A DNA stretch of 64,000 nucleotides from NCBI GenBank assembly GCA_051294905.1, contig CM119371.1, positions 33,048,001 through 33,112,000 on the forward strand, read 5' to 3'. Source of the stretch: Botryllus schlosseri (lineage: Eukaryota). Shown piece after piece: positions 1 through 13,792 of the stretch. A program made the position numbers and the translations under genes. The notes below the pieces were generated by a model. That model did no database searches, was not told the origin of the DNA, and saw nothing but the letters and a program-made list of their open reading frames with translations. How positions within the stretch are numbered: the stretch's first letter is position 1; every line of letters begins with the position of its first letter.

Positions 1-305
1 TGCAATCTTGAATTGAAATTTTTAATTTAATAATAAAAATTAAAAAAAAAAGTCGGAATTGACTCAAATTTGTTTTGCATCGTCTTTGAAGACAGCTTAA
101 CAATTTCATGGGGTTGACAAAAAAATTTGAAAAATTTTATTTTTTTATTTTTAATAATAAATTAAAAATTTCAATTCAAGATTGCACGGCCTCTACTGGT
201 TGGAATTGGGTCAAATTTGGTGTGCATCGTTTTCTCAGACAACCTGACGATTTAGTCATTAGGCGAGTGAGATTTGGAAAAAAAAGTTTTTTTTGAACAA
301 CCCTA
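1..305. mobile_element. Right arm of a palindromic TAGGG-ended MITE (same family as 43171-43787), cut by the window edge
   Basis: Ends ...TTTTTGAACAACCCTA at 305; similar by eye to the right half of 43171-43787. Confidence 0.75.
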
Positions 306-749
306 CTAGACATATGCTATTTGTCTACTTCCTAAATTTCGTTTATGACTAATGTCTATTAGTAGTGAGAGTGTGTGTGCTTGTAATCAGTACAGTGTGT
401 AATGACAAAATTAGAAAGATGCATCTTTGTATTAATTGCTGACTCATACACAAGAGCAACACTTCGATTATTTCATCTACATTTTAATCATACAGTATGG
501 GATGTATGTCGTGTACGAGTGATTCACACATATTAGGTTATTAGAGAGTTCATGTTATGAAAACTGATAAAATACGAAAAAATGAAGGGAATTTAGAAAG
601 GCAATCTTTCGTGCATAACGAATTATTCAAGCTGTGCCACAATGGAACAATTTTGCATACCATCGTTAATCATATGTTTATGGTTATATGATAGCCATGC
701 CACAGCGTCACTGTGGCATATAATTTTCGAAGCAAATTGGTAATACTGT

Positions 750-919
750 TGGAATCGAGGTTGGAATCGGAGTCGGAGTCGGTATTTTTAAAGACTCAGG
801 GGTCGGAGCCGGAGTCGGAGTCGGTACGTTTAAAGAATCGGGAGTCGGAGTCGGTCCATTGAAAATGTGTTGAGTCGGAGTTGGAGTCGGTGCTAAAATT
901 TACCGACTCCACTGCCCTG
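750..919. mobile_element. Terminal part of a hAT-type MITE with (GGAGTC)n subterminal repeats
   Basis: GGAGTC arrays ending ...TACCGACTCCACTGCCCTG; partner end not found. Confidence 0.5.
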
Positions 920-1867
920 ATATCTCGTAATCAATGCACCCCAGACGCCACTACCTCGTAGCAGGAAAATAATCACCACTCGGCCTAGTTTCAAATAGTT
1001 ACTTATGTATTGCTGTTTAGTTATAATTAGTTAAACCATGGTCGTTTACAATGACTATGGTTTAACTATGCATATGGTCAAATGCAGTTTTACCGTTGCT
1101 GATTGGCGAGCAGTAGCTCTATAATGGTACGGTATCGCAATCTTCGTTTATTCATCATGACTACAAGTGAGGCACTGCCTTACTTATCTCTCCTGATCGC
1201 ACGCTCCTGGTATGCACCAGAGATGAGCGAGAGATATTATGCAATCCAACTCCTTATCTAAGATTCAAATCAAGACCCTATCATGCCTCAATAGAGAATT
1301 ATTCCGGCAATGACACTGTAAATTCGTTTGAAAGACGAGAATCGGCGACAGTTGCGTAAGCCTTAAAGCAGGGGTCGCCAACCCCCGACACACCAAATGT
1401 CACACCAAATGATTTGCCGCACACGACACATATAATACTCAAGTTTGGTGTAAAACGAGTAACATGCTTTCAACGCGGAAAAAATCGCAGACGATCCAAT
1501 AATATCTCGTAATCAATTGATATTAAGTAAAGTGTTTTGGGGCAGGTTTTATTTTTTATGAAATTGTGTTTCGAGCCGGGACCCAATTTCTTGACCATAA
1601 TGTGGGAAACTCTCAAAATATATATACGGCAACCTAATACCGTATAAAATCGTTTGGATGCTTTAGAGCAGGGGTGTGCACTGTACAGCCTGTGGAAGCG
1701 CAACTATGTAATGAACAAGCATTTCGGCGCTGGGCATTTTTACGTTAGGAGACGCGCCTTTCGTACAACATGCGACTATGCAACCCCGTGCGCAGTGTGT
1801 GCTGCCAAAATGATAGGCGGCGATAAAACCTTAGTAGTATAGTCGATCGCTCGCGAACGGCCATTGG

Positions 1868-2212
1868 TTTCTTATGGCGGGGTCGCATGCTAACGCGAAA
1901 ACCGGGGGTGGCATGCTAACGTTTTCGTCTTATGGCGGGGTGGCATGCTAACGTTTTCGTCTTATGGCGGGGTGGCATGCTAACGTTTTCGTCTTATGGT
2001 GGGGGTGACATGCTAACGTTTTCGTCTTATGGCGGGGTGGCATGCTAACGTTTTCGTCTTATGGTGGGGGTGACATGCTAACGTTTTCGTCTTATGGCGG
2101 GGTGGCATGCTAACGTTTTCGTCTTATGGTGGGGGTGACATGCTAACGTTTTCGTCTTATGGGTGCGGTCGCATGATAACGCGAAACTCGTGGTGGCATG
2201 CTAATGTTTTTA
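1868..2212 (+). repeat. Subterminal 32/33-bp minisatellite (mirror copy ~15573-15917)
   Basis: Unit A GTTTTCGTCTTATGGCGGGGTGGCATGCTAAC and unit B GTTTTCGTCTTATGGTGGGGGTGACATGCTAAC in order AABABAB at 1921-2147, with degenerate flanking units. Confidence 0.95.
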
Positions 2213-2614
2213 GGTATACGTGCGGCGACATGTTAACGACGATAAATGTGTCTGTCTGTTGAATATGTACGAGTCACCAACAATAACCGCGCAAACGGAA
2301 ACGTGGCTTGTTGTGAGGATTACGCGTGCGACCTATATTTCGAATGACCTGCGTGCTGAATTATTTCCCGGCCAACCGCGTGCTACTATCGATTATTGCA
2401 CTAGACCAGTCAGTGTGAAATAGTTTGATCGTAAATTATGATATATGATGTCGTAGTTTAGTCGTGTCAAATGACCGATCGTGTTCTCTTTCCTCGCTAT
2501 TGATTGCTAGCTGAATAATACTTTCGGCTTATTCGCTGTTTCGCGCCTACAGAATAGTCTGCTGTTCACAGTCGCAACAAGAATCACAAGTATACACATT
2601 TACACATTCGTTTA

Positions 2615-3107
2615 TTACTCTGAAATCAAACTCTTCACAAAAACACGTACAATCGTATCATTCACTTTTTTTATCATCGCCAAAATTATCCAAGTATTCC
2701 TCGGTTGAAAACCCTTGAGCTCTTTTTATCAAGAATGCGATAGCATGATCTCCACACACATCTGAAGTTTTACTCTGTAACTGTTTCCCAGTCACTGAAA
2801 ATTCATCCGGCTCCAGGAATTCGATTATCTGAGGTTTTAGTGGTCCGAAGCCTAGCGAATCATGAAAATGAGTATCGTCATCTCTGTATATAGACACCCA
2901 GTGAGATCCAGGCAAACTCGATTCGTCGTAATTAATGGTGATAGCGAATTTTCCGCTAGTTGGTTTCTTCGGTAACTGATCTACTGGATAAGTTCGGCGA
3001 TTCGAATATCGACAATAACCGCGTTCGCATACTAACACTCTAAAAAGGTGTGAAATATTTGTAAAAATCCTACGACCACTCACAAGATAACACATCAGAA
3101 TAGTCAT
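2615..3107 (-). pseudogene. Adenain-like (Polinton PRO) cysteine protease, left-arm copy, frameshifted near the C-terminus
   Basis: Motifs NYDESSLPGSHWV (His), FHDSLG (Asp), QLQSKTSDVCG (Gln/Cys); exact mirror of 14678-15170. Confidence 0.85.
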
Positions 3108-6100
3108 CTCTCGTGGTTTGGTGTTACAAAGGTAGGAATTATAAGTAATATTTTGGACGACAATGATATATCGTTATTCTTATGGACGCGGCGACATGAT
3201 AACGTTACAGGTATAGGTTGTGGTGGTGATTCGCCATGTGTTCTTATGCGTGCGCTCGCACGTCGTACTTTCAAGTATAGGTATCTCTCGCATGTCGTAT
3301 TGGAAACTCGTGTTGGCTCGCTCACGCGGCGAAATTTTAGTAATCAGTTTGTCACAGTACTTGATATCGCTGGTAAGATTTAACAAGTAACGAATAACAG
3401 ACCGCGGTAACTTGAATAGCGACAAATTGTCACTTATTTCCGCTCTAACTCTAATCCTTTGTGAAGTGAACGCTTATTCAAAAGGGTGTGATATAATTTT
3501 AAAATCCAACGACCACTCACCGGATAATGCTTCAGACATATAGCAATCCCTCATACCCGCCTACAAGGTAATATTTCGGTAATTAGTTTGTCACAGAACC
3601 GTCGCAGGCGGTGATTGGAAAACCGACAATTTGTCACTCGCCCGCGATCGCTATATGTTTCACGCCTCCAGAATAGTGGCTGACTTTAGTTGCGTGATAA
3701 GATCCATGAAAATATTCAATCAATGTGTTAGTTTATCAACTTGAAATGAAACTCACTACACAAATCAAGTCGATTCGTATCTGAATGTTTTAAATCGGTA
3801 CAACTCTAATCCTTTGACAAAGCCCTTAACGCGTTTTTGGTGAATCGAACGTAACCCGAATATTACTGACGCCGACTTTCAGCCGCATCGAATTATTCGC
3901 ACATTCCGCGTCACTGTTTTCGCACTTATAGAATCAATACCAACTATAACTCTTCAAGAATCAAGAATCACAAGTATGTGCATTACACAGTTATTGTCTT
4001 TATTAACTTGAAATCAAACACTTAACAAAAACACACAACTAATCATTTGGCAACTCTAGCATTACCAAAAAATTCCAGTATTGTTGATTGAAAATCCTTG
4101 AGTCATTATTATCAAAAATGTTATAGTACCGCATCGGGATCCATTCGCGGGATGTACTAAAGGTAAATCCAAATAATCCACATTCGCGGGATGTACTAAA
4201 GGTAAATCCAAATAATCCACATTCGTGGGATGTACTAAAGGTAAATCCAAATAATCCAGAATGAAATATTTGGACTTTTACATAGTGTGAATTGAAATAG
4301 GATTGACAAACACGACTACCAACTTTGATCCAGCCACATTTCAAGATCATACTTTGAAACAAGTAATGTAACATTACAACTCTATTCACGATCCCGCTTT
4401 CCATTTGTCAAAGAAATATTTTAACATCTTACCATACTCAAAAGAATTATTCACAACATTAACAATTGTTAAAAATCTAGTTTTCACTTACTTGATTATA
4501 TCACTGCAACTCATAAATTTGAATTAATTCATCCTGGTTGTATTCGTATGCTCGGTCTTTTTTATTCAATTGTAAAGGTTGTTACTATTCTGAAGACAAA
4601 GTATTTACTAATCGGTGCATATACGATTTGACTTGGACATATTATATTTTGAGTATACGAGATTTGAATGTCTGAACAATAACTGAGAAATAATTTATCA
4701 CAATTAAATCCGTAATATTACAGCGTAAAAGATATTGGAATGTCAGCAACTCTGCAAGGTCATAGTTACTACCACTAATTTACCCGACCAACTCGTCATG
4801 ATCATTCCTGAAATCAACACAAACGTGACCACTGACTTGAGTTAACCACAAAACAGCATCAAGTTTTAAATCCACTTGTAGCTTACGGCTTATTTGAATG
4901 CGGGTTATGTTTTGTTGTAATTGAGTGTACGGAAATAGTATTACGTCTCGACATATCACCATGTCGGAATTTGTGGCAGAGAATTGAAACATATGCACTT
5001 TACAGAGTGTGAAAATATCACTTTGAGTATCGAGTACCGTTCGAAGCAAGCGATCAATTCTTAATCATTTCAGTAACTCCCCATTGTGTGTGCTAAATGT
5101 AAAATATCGCGAGGTTATACACTCTAAGACTTTGATTATCACAAAAGTAAATTGTGATATGTTTGTTAGATGCATCCAATTCAACTAGAAGTGTCTAGTG
5201 CCCAACACTCGTAATATCAAAAAAGTACTCGCTACACTGTTATTTGCTAAACGTGTTTTGCATTGTTGTTCATTTGTAGTATTGAATGAAATTGTTCTTG
5301 AACCCTCAAATAATAATTCCCGACATGAAACCAAGCCGCTGAAAGTCGTTACCATCACGAAGATACAATGTGTACGATGTTTGTCAAATGTGTCCTACCT
5401 GGCCAACAGAAAACAATTTTCACTAGCTTGGTAATGAAACCGAAGTCTCCATTCGATATATTGTTTGCGTCAAATACTTTACAACGAACACATTTGCGTG
5501 GTTGAGCTTTACATCATCAGACTGTCATCTGTACATCAAGAATACATCAGACTTGTAACTGGATCGTTTACCTAACCGAGTTGATATTTTTGTCATTTAG
5601 TGATTGCTGAACATACCACTTCGAAATACTGCGTTGATCTTAATTTCCATCATCGTGATAAGTGAAGTACATTTGTTTTGAATTCATAACAATAGGCTTT
5701 TCTACGACATGATAAATTATTGACAAGTTCTGCTTAGAAGATTGGTTGCATATCACGAAAAATAATATACCACACATATTATTACTGTTACTCCATTCAT
5801 CGGTATTTTTTCCGTTGTCGATTTTCAAACGAGTAAAATTTATTACTTGAGTTGCTCTGCTTAATGTAAATGTAAACTCGCCCATCTTTCAACAACAAAC
5901 AATGTTAAAATAGTATACAATCAAACACAACAAGTTTTACGATACTAATTATTATCCCACATAACCCATTTCTTACTGAAGACATATGAAATATATTCAT
6001 GTTACACGAAAATATTCGCTCATGCTACAAACCTGTACAATGATTGGTGGTGCTTTCAAACTGTTTCGATACCTCAAGAACTTTATTGTCTGAACGGTTG

Positions 6101-7089
6101 TTCATGTATCGTAATAATCAAGTAGTTAAACATAGAACTAGTATTAACAGAAACACCAGAGTTGTTTACACAAAAGTTTGTATGTGTACAGTATACGAAT
6201 ACCATTTGTAAGTCCAGCACAATTGTGGTATCCATACGAGTTTAGTTAACACAATTTACGACACCGAGGTCGCGTCATCTTTCGTAAGACAACAAACCAA
6301 GGCTTCAGGATATGTCCATGTCATAGCAATAAATCAGCTACTCCAACAACAGAGTGCATATGTTTCTAGTTACGGCGCTTACATCTTACACACAAATCAA
6401 TCTACTTTGCTAACGAAAAGTGGTGAGTCATCATATGGTTGTCCTCACAACTAAAACATACTATCACACAAAATGGTCGTTATAGTTTGCACACCAACGG
6501 TACATCGTACAAGTAACAAGTCTCGAGAATCCAGTTATTCAAAAAACGTGAAAGTATTTCTACACCAAGTCGTTATGTTGACGAAAGCGTATATTTTAAG
6601 ATCATGATCGATTTACATTCGTTGGTCACAAAATGTCACTACTCTAAATAATTATTTTTCACTCAAACACAAACGCATACTTGTCACCATTCGTTTTCAT
6701 CAAGCACGAGTTCAAGAAACTTACTTACTACGATATGAATTTTTATTTTTATGTTGTGTAAATAGGTAATAATTAATTCAAGTAACACTATATCAACATC
6801 ATCGAGTTGTGCTAATAGATTTACATGTGGTCTTGTGGTTTTCGTCGGGACATACAGCACGAACTAACTGTAGACTCCTCTCTGTTGTACAGCTACTCGG
6901 TAATCGAAATGCATTAACATGTAAACAACGATCTTGTTTCGTCACACCAAAAATATGTTCACTGTCGCGATACTCCGCACAAGACGTGCATAGCCTTTTC
7001 ACACTCGTAATAGTATACCAACGTCAAGCGATAACGTTTACCAACACCAACGACACTAAACCCACGACGTTTACCTATGTAAAATTACC

Positions 7090-7745
7090 ACTTTCACTTG
7101 TCAGTCCATCGTTTACCTGACTAAACATATTATTTTCCTTTGGAGATCTGGCGTTTACCCAGAGTAAGAAACCATTTTCACTTGTAAATATTTTTTTTTC
7201 CTCGGCTAACAAACCTTTTTTCACTTGTAAATATATTTTTTCTCTTGGTAATAAACCTTTTTCACATGGAAATATATTTTTTCTCTTGGTAATAAACCTT
7301 TTTCACATGGAAATATATTTTTTCTCTGAGTAACAAACCTTTTTCACATGGAAATATATTTTTTCTCTGAGTAACAAACCTTTTTCACTTGGAAATATAT
7401 TTTTTCTCTGGGTAACAAACCTTTTTCCCTTGGAAACATATTTTTTCCCCGGGTAACAAACCTTTTTCCCTGAGCAACAAACCTTTTTCACTTACAAATA
7501 TATTTTTTCCTGGTTAACAAACCTTTTTCACTTGGAAATATATTTTTTTTCCCTGGGTAACAAACCTTTTTCGCTTGGAAATATATTTTTCCCTGGGTTA
7601 CAAACCTTTTTCACTTGGTGATCCGTCGTTTACCTGAGTAAAAATATCATTTTCCTTTGGGGATCTGGCGTTTACCCAGTGTAACAATACATTTTCTCTT
7701 GGTCATCTAGCTTTTCCTAGAGTAACAAAACCATTTTCATTTTGA
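7090..7745 (+). repeat. AT-rich ~39-40-bp minisatellite (mirror ~10040-10695)
   Basis: Unit approximately GGTAACAAACCTTTTTCACTTGGAAATATATTTTTTCTCT, over a dozen diverged copies. Confidence 0.9.
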
Positions 7746-8482
7746 AATCTGACAACCACACCGACAATTTGATATTTTTGTATTTTCTTACAGCGAACAG
7801 CGACAAAATATACACCAACAACGACTCCGATACATTTGTCTAATCAAATATTCACTTGTGTTGGTGCATCCCATCAAAATCATCGGTTACCCACATGCAA
7901 TGCGCTCTTGTACACAGAAATGCATGTTTTGGAAACTTGGACAATAGGCTTCGATAGTTCTGTGCTGTCTGGGTTCGTGCTTTGGATTTTCCAGAGTCAA
8001 AATGTCTGAATAAAACACCTCCTCGACGATGGTTGGTATGTGGATAACGGTGTTCGGAAAACGGTTGGATTTATGTCACCCATCGCGATAACAATTCCAG
8101 GTCAAGTTTTCCCCTCGCATGTTTACTATATTGTGTCTTTATTGGTCAATGTATGCCTCGACATTCAGTTTGAAATCGGAAACCCTGATAAAGTATGCAA
8201 CCGGATCCGGATATCAACTCTGAATCGATAAACCAATGAACAATATTCAAAGTAAACATGTTACACCCTGTGTTTCCACGAAAAAATACCATCCAGACAT
8301 ACGTCGCGCTTGTTTGCCCACACCAGTATACGCGTAAATGGAGGTGTGTGACATTGCATGCAATGTGTTGGTATACAAACATCGATCCACAGACAATATC
8401 ATAGCCGGTAGTTTTGATGTAGATCGAATGTCATCACACCCGATAACAATACCAATAAGCCACATTGTAATGACTCTGAGTC

Positions 8483-9302
8483 CGCGGTATTAGTCATGAC
8501 CCTATCTCCGGACAGACGTCCCAGATCAATTGGAGACATCGATCAATATCCGTCGCGTTGTCGACACCGAACTTTTCTGCTGCAGCGTTTGACCAATGTG
8601 AACTATCGAAGTATGGGTGCTCGAAATGATTGCGATCAGTCTTTCAGTCACGATGCATCGATGTCGCTACTCCCACATAACGACTCCAGATAAATATCGT
8701 GAACAGTGATTCTGCAAATCTCGGACTGATACTGTGATCCAATAATGTGTGTTTCTGTGGAATCAAGACTGTAATCGTACACCACAATGGAAATCATAAA
8801 ACACATCATCGTAAGGATCCAGTTCGTCCTGTGACATTTCGAAACGGTCATCGCCACAATAGATCGGTATCATTTTGAAACGACATCGTCACAAGTGTAT
8901 TGACGTCGATTCTGTTGGTCATGTCAATCCATTTCACAATCCACCGTTTTTCAAGTCCCTGCACCATAGTGTTACGACACAGACAAGAAGCGACGGTGGA
9001 AATAATAAAACACGAAAAGCACACTTTGGTGTTATTTGACATGGATTTTACACGAGATGAACCTCACATTCGAGCGATGAATTGGAATGGTGATTGTATT
9101 GTTGACGTCAAAGGAAAAGAAATGTATCGATTTATCGGTTTCGTACATATCCAACAAAAATCTGGGTATATGATTGTGCATGGTTCGCATATTCGACTGT
9201 GAACGCCCAATTGGTATATGTTGTACAGTTCACTTTCACCGTCGTGCGAATAACCCATGTTAGGGTTCCATGTTTGTGTGTCTGTATGTCATGCTTCAGA
9301 TT
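8483..9302. other. 820-bp unique spacer of the palindrome; contains an unassigned 100-aa ORF (8900-9202, +)
   Basis: No mirror symmetry; the ORF shows no motif I recognise. Confidence 0.8.
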
Positions 9303-12300
9303 GACTCAGAGTCATTACAATGTGGCTTATTGGTATTGTTATCGGGTGTGATGACATTCGATCTACATCAAAACTACCGGCTATGATATTGTCTGTGGAT
9401 CGATGTTTGTATACCAACACATTGCATGCAATGTCACACACCTCCATTTACGCGTATACTGGTGTGGGCAAACAAGCGCGACGTATGTCTGGATGGTATT
9501 TTTTCGTGGAAACACAGGGTGTAACATGTTTACTTTGAATATTGTTCATTGGTTTATCGATTCAGAGTTGATATCCGGATCCGGTTGCATACTTTATCAG
9601 GGTTTCCGATTTCAAACTGAATGTCGAGGCATACATTGACCAATAAAGACACAATATAGTAAACATGCGAGGGGAAAACTTGACCTGGAATTGTTATCGC
9701 GATGGGTGACATAAATCCAACCGTTTTCCGAACACCGTTATCCACATACCAACCATCGTCGAGGAGGTGTTTTATTCAGACATTTTGACTCTGGAAAATC
9801 CAAAGCACGAACCCAGACAGCACAGAACTATCGAAGCCTATTGTCCAAGTTTCCAAAACATGCATTTCTGTGTACAAGAGCGCATTGCATGTGGGTAACC
9901 GATGATTTTGATGGGATGCACCAACACAAGTGAATATTTGATTAGACAAATGTATCGGAGTCGTTGTTGGTGTATATTTTGTCGCTGTTCGCTGTAAGAA
10001 AATACAAAAATATCAAATTGTCGGTGTGGTTGTCAGATTTCAAAATGAAAATGGTTTTGTTACTCTAGGAAAAGCTAGATGACCAAGAGAAAATGTATTG
10101 TTACACTGGGTAAACGCCAGATCCCCAAAGGAAAATGATATTTTTACTCAGGTAAACGACGGATCACCAAGTGAAAAAGGTTTGTAACCCAGGGAAAAAT
10201 ATATTTCCAAGCGAAAAAGGTTTGTTACCCAGGGAAAAAAAATATATTTCCAAGTGAAAAAGGTTTGTTAACCAGGAAAAAATATATTTGTAAGTGAAAA
10301 AGGTTTGTTGCTCAGGGAAAAAGGTTTGTTACCCGGGGAAAAAATATGTTTCCAAGGGAAAAAGGTTTGTTACCCAGAGAAAAAATATATTTCCAAGTGA
10401 AAAAGGTTTGTTACTCAGAGAAAAAATATATTTCCATGTGAAAAAGGTTTGTTACTCAGAGAAAAAATATATTTCCATGTGAAAAAGGTTTATTACCAAG
10501 AGAAAAAATATATTTCCATGTGAAAAAGGTTTATTACCAAGAGAAAAAATATATTTACAAGTGAAAAAAGGTTTGTTAGCCGAGGAAAAAAAAATATTTA
10601 CAAGTGAAAATGGTTTCTTACTCTGGGTAAACGCCAGATCTCCAAAGGAAAATAATATGTTTAGTCAGGTAAACGATGGACTGACAAGTGAAAGTGGTAA
10701 TTTTACATAGGTAAACGTCGTGGGTTTAGTGTCGTTGGTGTTGGTAAACGTTATCGCTTGACGTTGGTATACTATTACGAGTGTGAAAAGGCTATGCACG
10801 TCTTGTGCGGAGTATCGCGACAGTGAACATATTTTTGGTGTGACGAAACAAGATCGTTGTTTACATGTTAATGCATTTCGATTACCGAGTAGCTGTACAA
10901 CAGAGAGGAGTCTACAGTTAGTTCGTGCTGTATGTCCCGACGAAAACCACAAGACCACATGTAAATCTATTAGCACAACTCGATGATGTTGATATAGTGT
11001 TACTTGAATTAATTATTACCTATTTACACAACATAAAAATAAAAATTCATATCGTAGTAAGTAAGTTTCTTGAACTCGTGCTTGATGAAAACGAATGGTG
11101 ACAAGTATGCGTTTGTGTTTGAGTGAAAAATAATTATTTAGAGTAGTGACATTTTGTGACCAACGAATGTAAATCGATCATGATCTTAAAATATACGCTT
11201 TCGTCAACATAACGACTTGGTGTAGAAATACTTTCACGTTTTTTGAATAACTGGATTCTCGAGACTTGTTACTTGTACGATGTACCGTTGGTGTGCAAAC
11301 TATAACGACCATTTTGTGTGATAGTATGTTTTAGTTGTGAGGACAACCATATGATGACTCACCACTTTTCGTTAGCAAAGTAGATTGATTTGTGTGTAAG
11401 ATGTAAGCGCCGTAACTAGAAACATATGCACTCTGTTGTTGGAGTAGCTGATTTATTGCTATGACATGGACATATCCTGAAGCCTTGGTTTGTTGTCTTA
11501 CGAAAGATGACGCGACCTCGGTGTCGTAAATTGTGTTAACTAAACTCGTATGGATACCACAATTGTGCTGGACTTACAAATGGTATTCGTATACTGTACA
11601 CATACAAACTTTTGTGTAAACAACTCTGGTGTTTCTGTTAATACTAGTTCTATGTTTAACTACTTGATTATTACGATACATGAACAACCGTTCAGACAAT
11701 AAAGTTCTTGAGGTATCGAAACAGTTTGAAAGCACCACCAATCATTGTACAGGTTTGTAGCATGAGCGAATATTTTCGTGTAACATGAATATATTTCATA
11801 TGTCTTCAGTAAGAAATGGGTTATGTGGGATAATAATTAGTATCGTAAAACTTGTTGTGTTTGATTGTATACTATTTTAACATTGTTTGTTGTTGAAAGA
11901 TGGGCGAGTTTACATTTACATTAAGCAGAGCAACTCAAGTAATAAATTTTACTCGTTTGAAAATCGACAACGGAAAAAATACCGATGAATGGAGTAACAG
12001 TAATAATATGTGTGGTATATTATTTTTCGTGATATGCAACCAATCTTCTAAGCAGAACTTGTCAATAATTTATCATGTCGTAGAAAAGCCTATTGTTATG
12101 AATTCAAAACAAATGTACTTCACTTATCACGATGATGGAAATTAAGATCAACGCAGTATTTCGAAGTGGTATGTTCAGCAATCACTAAATGACAAAAATA
12201 TCAACTCGGTTAGGTAAACGATCCAGTTACAAGTCTGATGTATTCTTGATGTACAGATGACAGTCTGATGATGTAAAGCTCAACCACGCAAATGTGTTCG

Positions 12301-13380
12301 TTGTAAAGTATTTGACGCAAACAATATATCGAATGGAGACTTCGGTTTCATTACCAAGCTAGTGAAAATTGTTTTCTGTTGGCCAGGTAGGACACATTTG
12401 ACAAACATCGTACACATTGTATCTTCGTGATGGTAACGACTTTCAGCGGCTTGGTTTCATGTCGGGAATTATTATTTGAGGGTTCAAGAACAATTTCATT
12501 CAATACTACAAATGAACAACAATGCAAAACACGTTTAGCAAATAACAGTGTAGCGAGTACTTTTTTGATATTACGAGTGTTGGGCACTAGACACTTCTAG
12601 TTGAATTGGATGCATCTAACAAACATATCACAATTTACTTTTGTGATAATCAAAGTCTTAGAGTGTATAACCTCGCGATATTTTACATTTAGCACACACA
12701 ATGGGGAGTTACTGAAATGATTAAGAATTGATCGCTTGCTTCGAACGGTACTCGATACTCAAAGTGATATTTTCACACTCTGTAAAGTGCATATGTTTCA
12801 ATTCTCTGCCACAAATTCCGACATGGTGATATGTCGAGACGTAATACTATTTCCGTACACTCAATTACAACAAAACATAACCCGCATTCAAATAAGCCGT
12901 AAGCTACAAGTGGATTTAAAACTTGATGCTGTTTTGTGGTTAACTCAAGTCAGTGGTCACGTTTGTGTTGATTTCAGGAATGATCATGACGAGTTGGTCG
13001 GGTAAATTAGTGGTAGTAACTATGACCTTGCAGAGTTGCTGACATTCCAATATCTTTTACGCTGTAATATTACGGATTTAATTGTGATAAATTATTTCTC
13101 AGTTATTGTTCAGACATTCAAATCTCGTATACTCAAAATATAATATGTCCAAGTCAAATCGTATATGCACCGATTAGTAAATACTTTGTCTTCAGAATAG
13201 TAACAACCTTTACAATTGAATAAAAAAGACCGAGCATACGAATACAACCAGGATGAATTAATTCAAATTTATGAGTTGCAGTGATATAATCAAGTAAGTG
13301 AAAACTAGATTTTTAACAATTGTTAATGTTGTGAATAATTCTTTTGAGTATGGTAAGATGTTAAAATATTTCTTTGACAA

Positions 13381-13792
13381 ATGGAAAGCGGGATCGTGAA
13401 TAGAGTTGTAATGTTACATTACTTGTTTCAAAGTATGATCTTGAAATGTGGCTGGATCAAAGTTGGTAGTCGTGTTTGTCAATCCTATTTCAATTCACAC
13501 TATGTAAAAGTCCAAATATTTCATTCTGGATTATTTGGATTTACCTTTAGTACATCCCACGAATGTGGATTATTTGGATTTACCTTTAGTACATCCCGCG
13601 AATGTGGATTATTTGGATTTACCTTTAGTACATCCCGCGAATGGATCCCGATGCGGTACTATAACATTTTTGATAATAATGACTCAAGGATTTTCAATCA
13701 ACAATACTGGAATTTTTTGGTAATGCTAGAGTTGCCAAATGATTAGTTGTGTGTTTTTGTTAAGTGTTTGATTTCAAGTTAATAAAGACAAT
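13381..13792 (+). pseudogene. Decayed second protease paralog containing a 39-bp tandem triplication (mirror ~3993-4404, minus strand)
   Basis: ITFLIIMTQGFS and PND*LCVFVKCLISS* resemble IAFLIKRAQGFS and VNDTIVRVFVKSLISE* of the main copy; the 3' flanking DNA is also similar. Confidence 0.6.
13528..13643 (+). repeat. 39-bp x3 tandem repeat encoding GLFGFTFSTS(H/R)EC (mirror 4142-4257)
   Basis: GGATTATTTGGATTTACCTTTAGTACATCCC(A/G)CGAATG repeated three times. Confidence 0.95.

Larger units (their letters stand above)
1833..8482. repeat. Left arm (6,650 bp) of the giant inverted repeat
   Basis: ORFs lying wholly within this arm have identical mirror ORFs in 9303-15952; pairing stops at 8482/9303. 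Confidence 0.95.

Noticed and set aside
1921..2147. CRISPR-like 32/33-bp repeats
   Set aside because: Units are directly adjacent with no unique spacers, there are no cas-like ORFs, and the context is eukaryotic
7303..7491. Lys-rich ORF (and mirror 10294-10482)
   Set aside because: Translation of the AT-rich minisatellite
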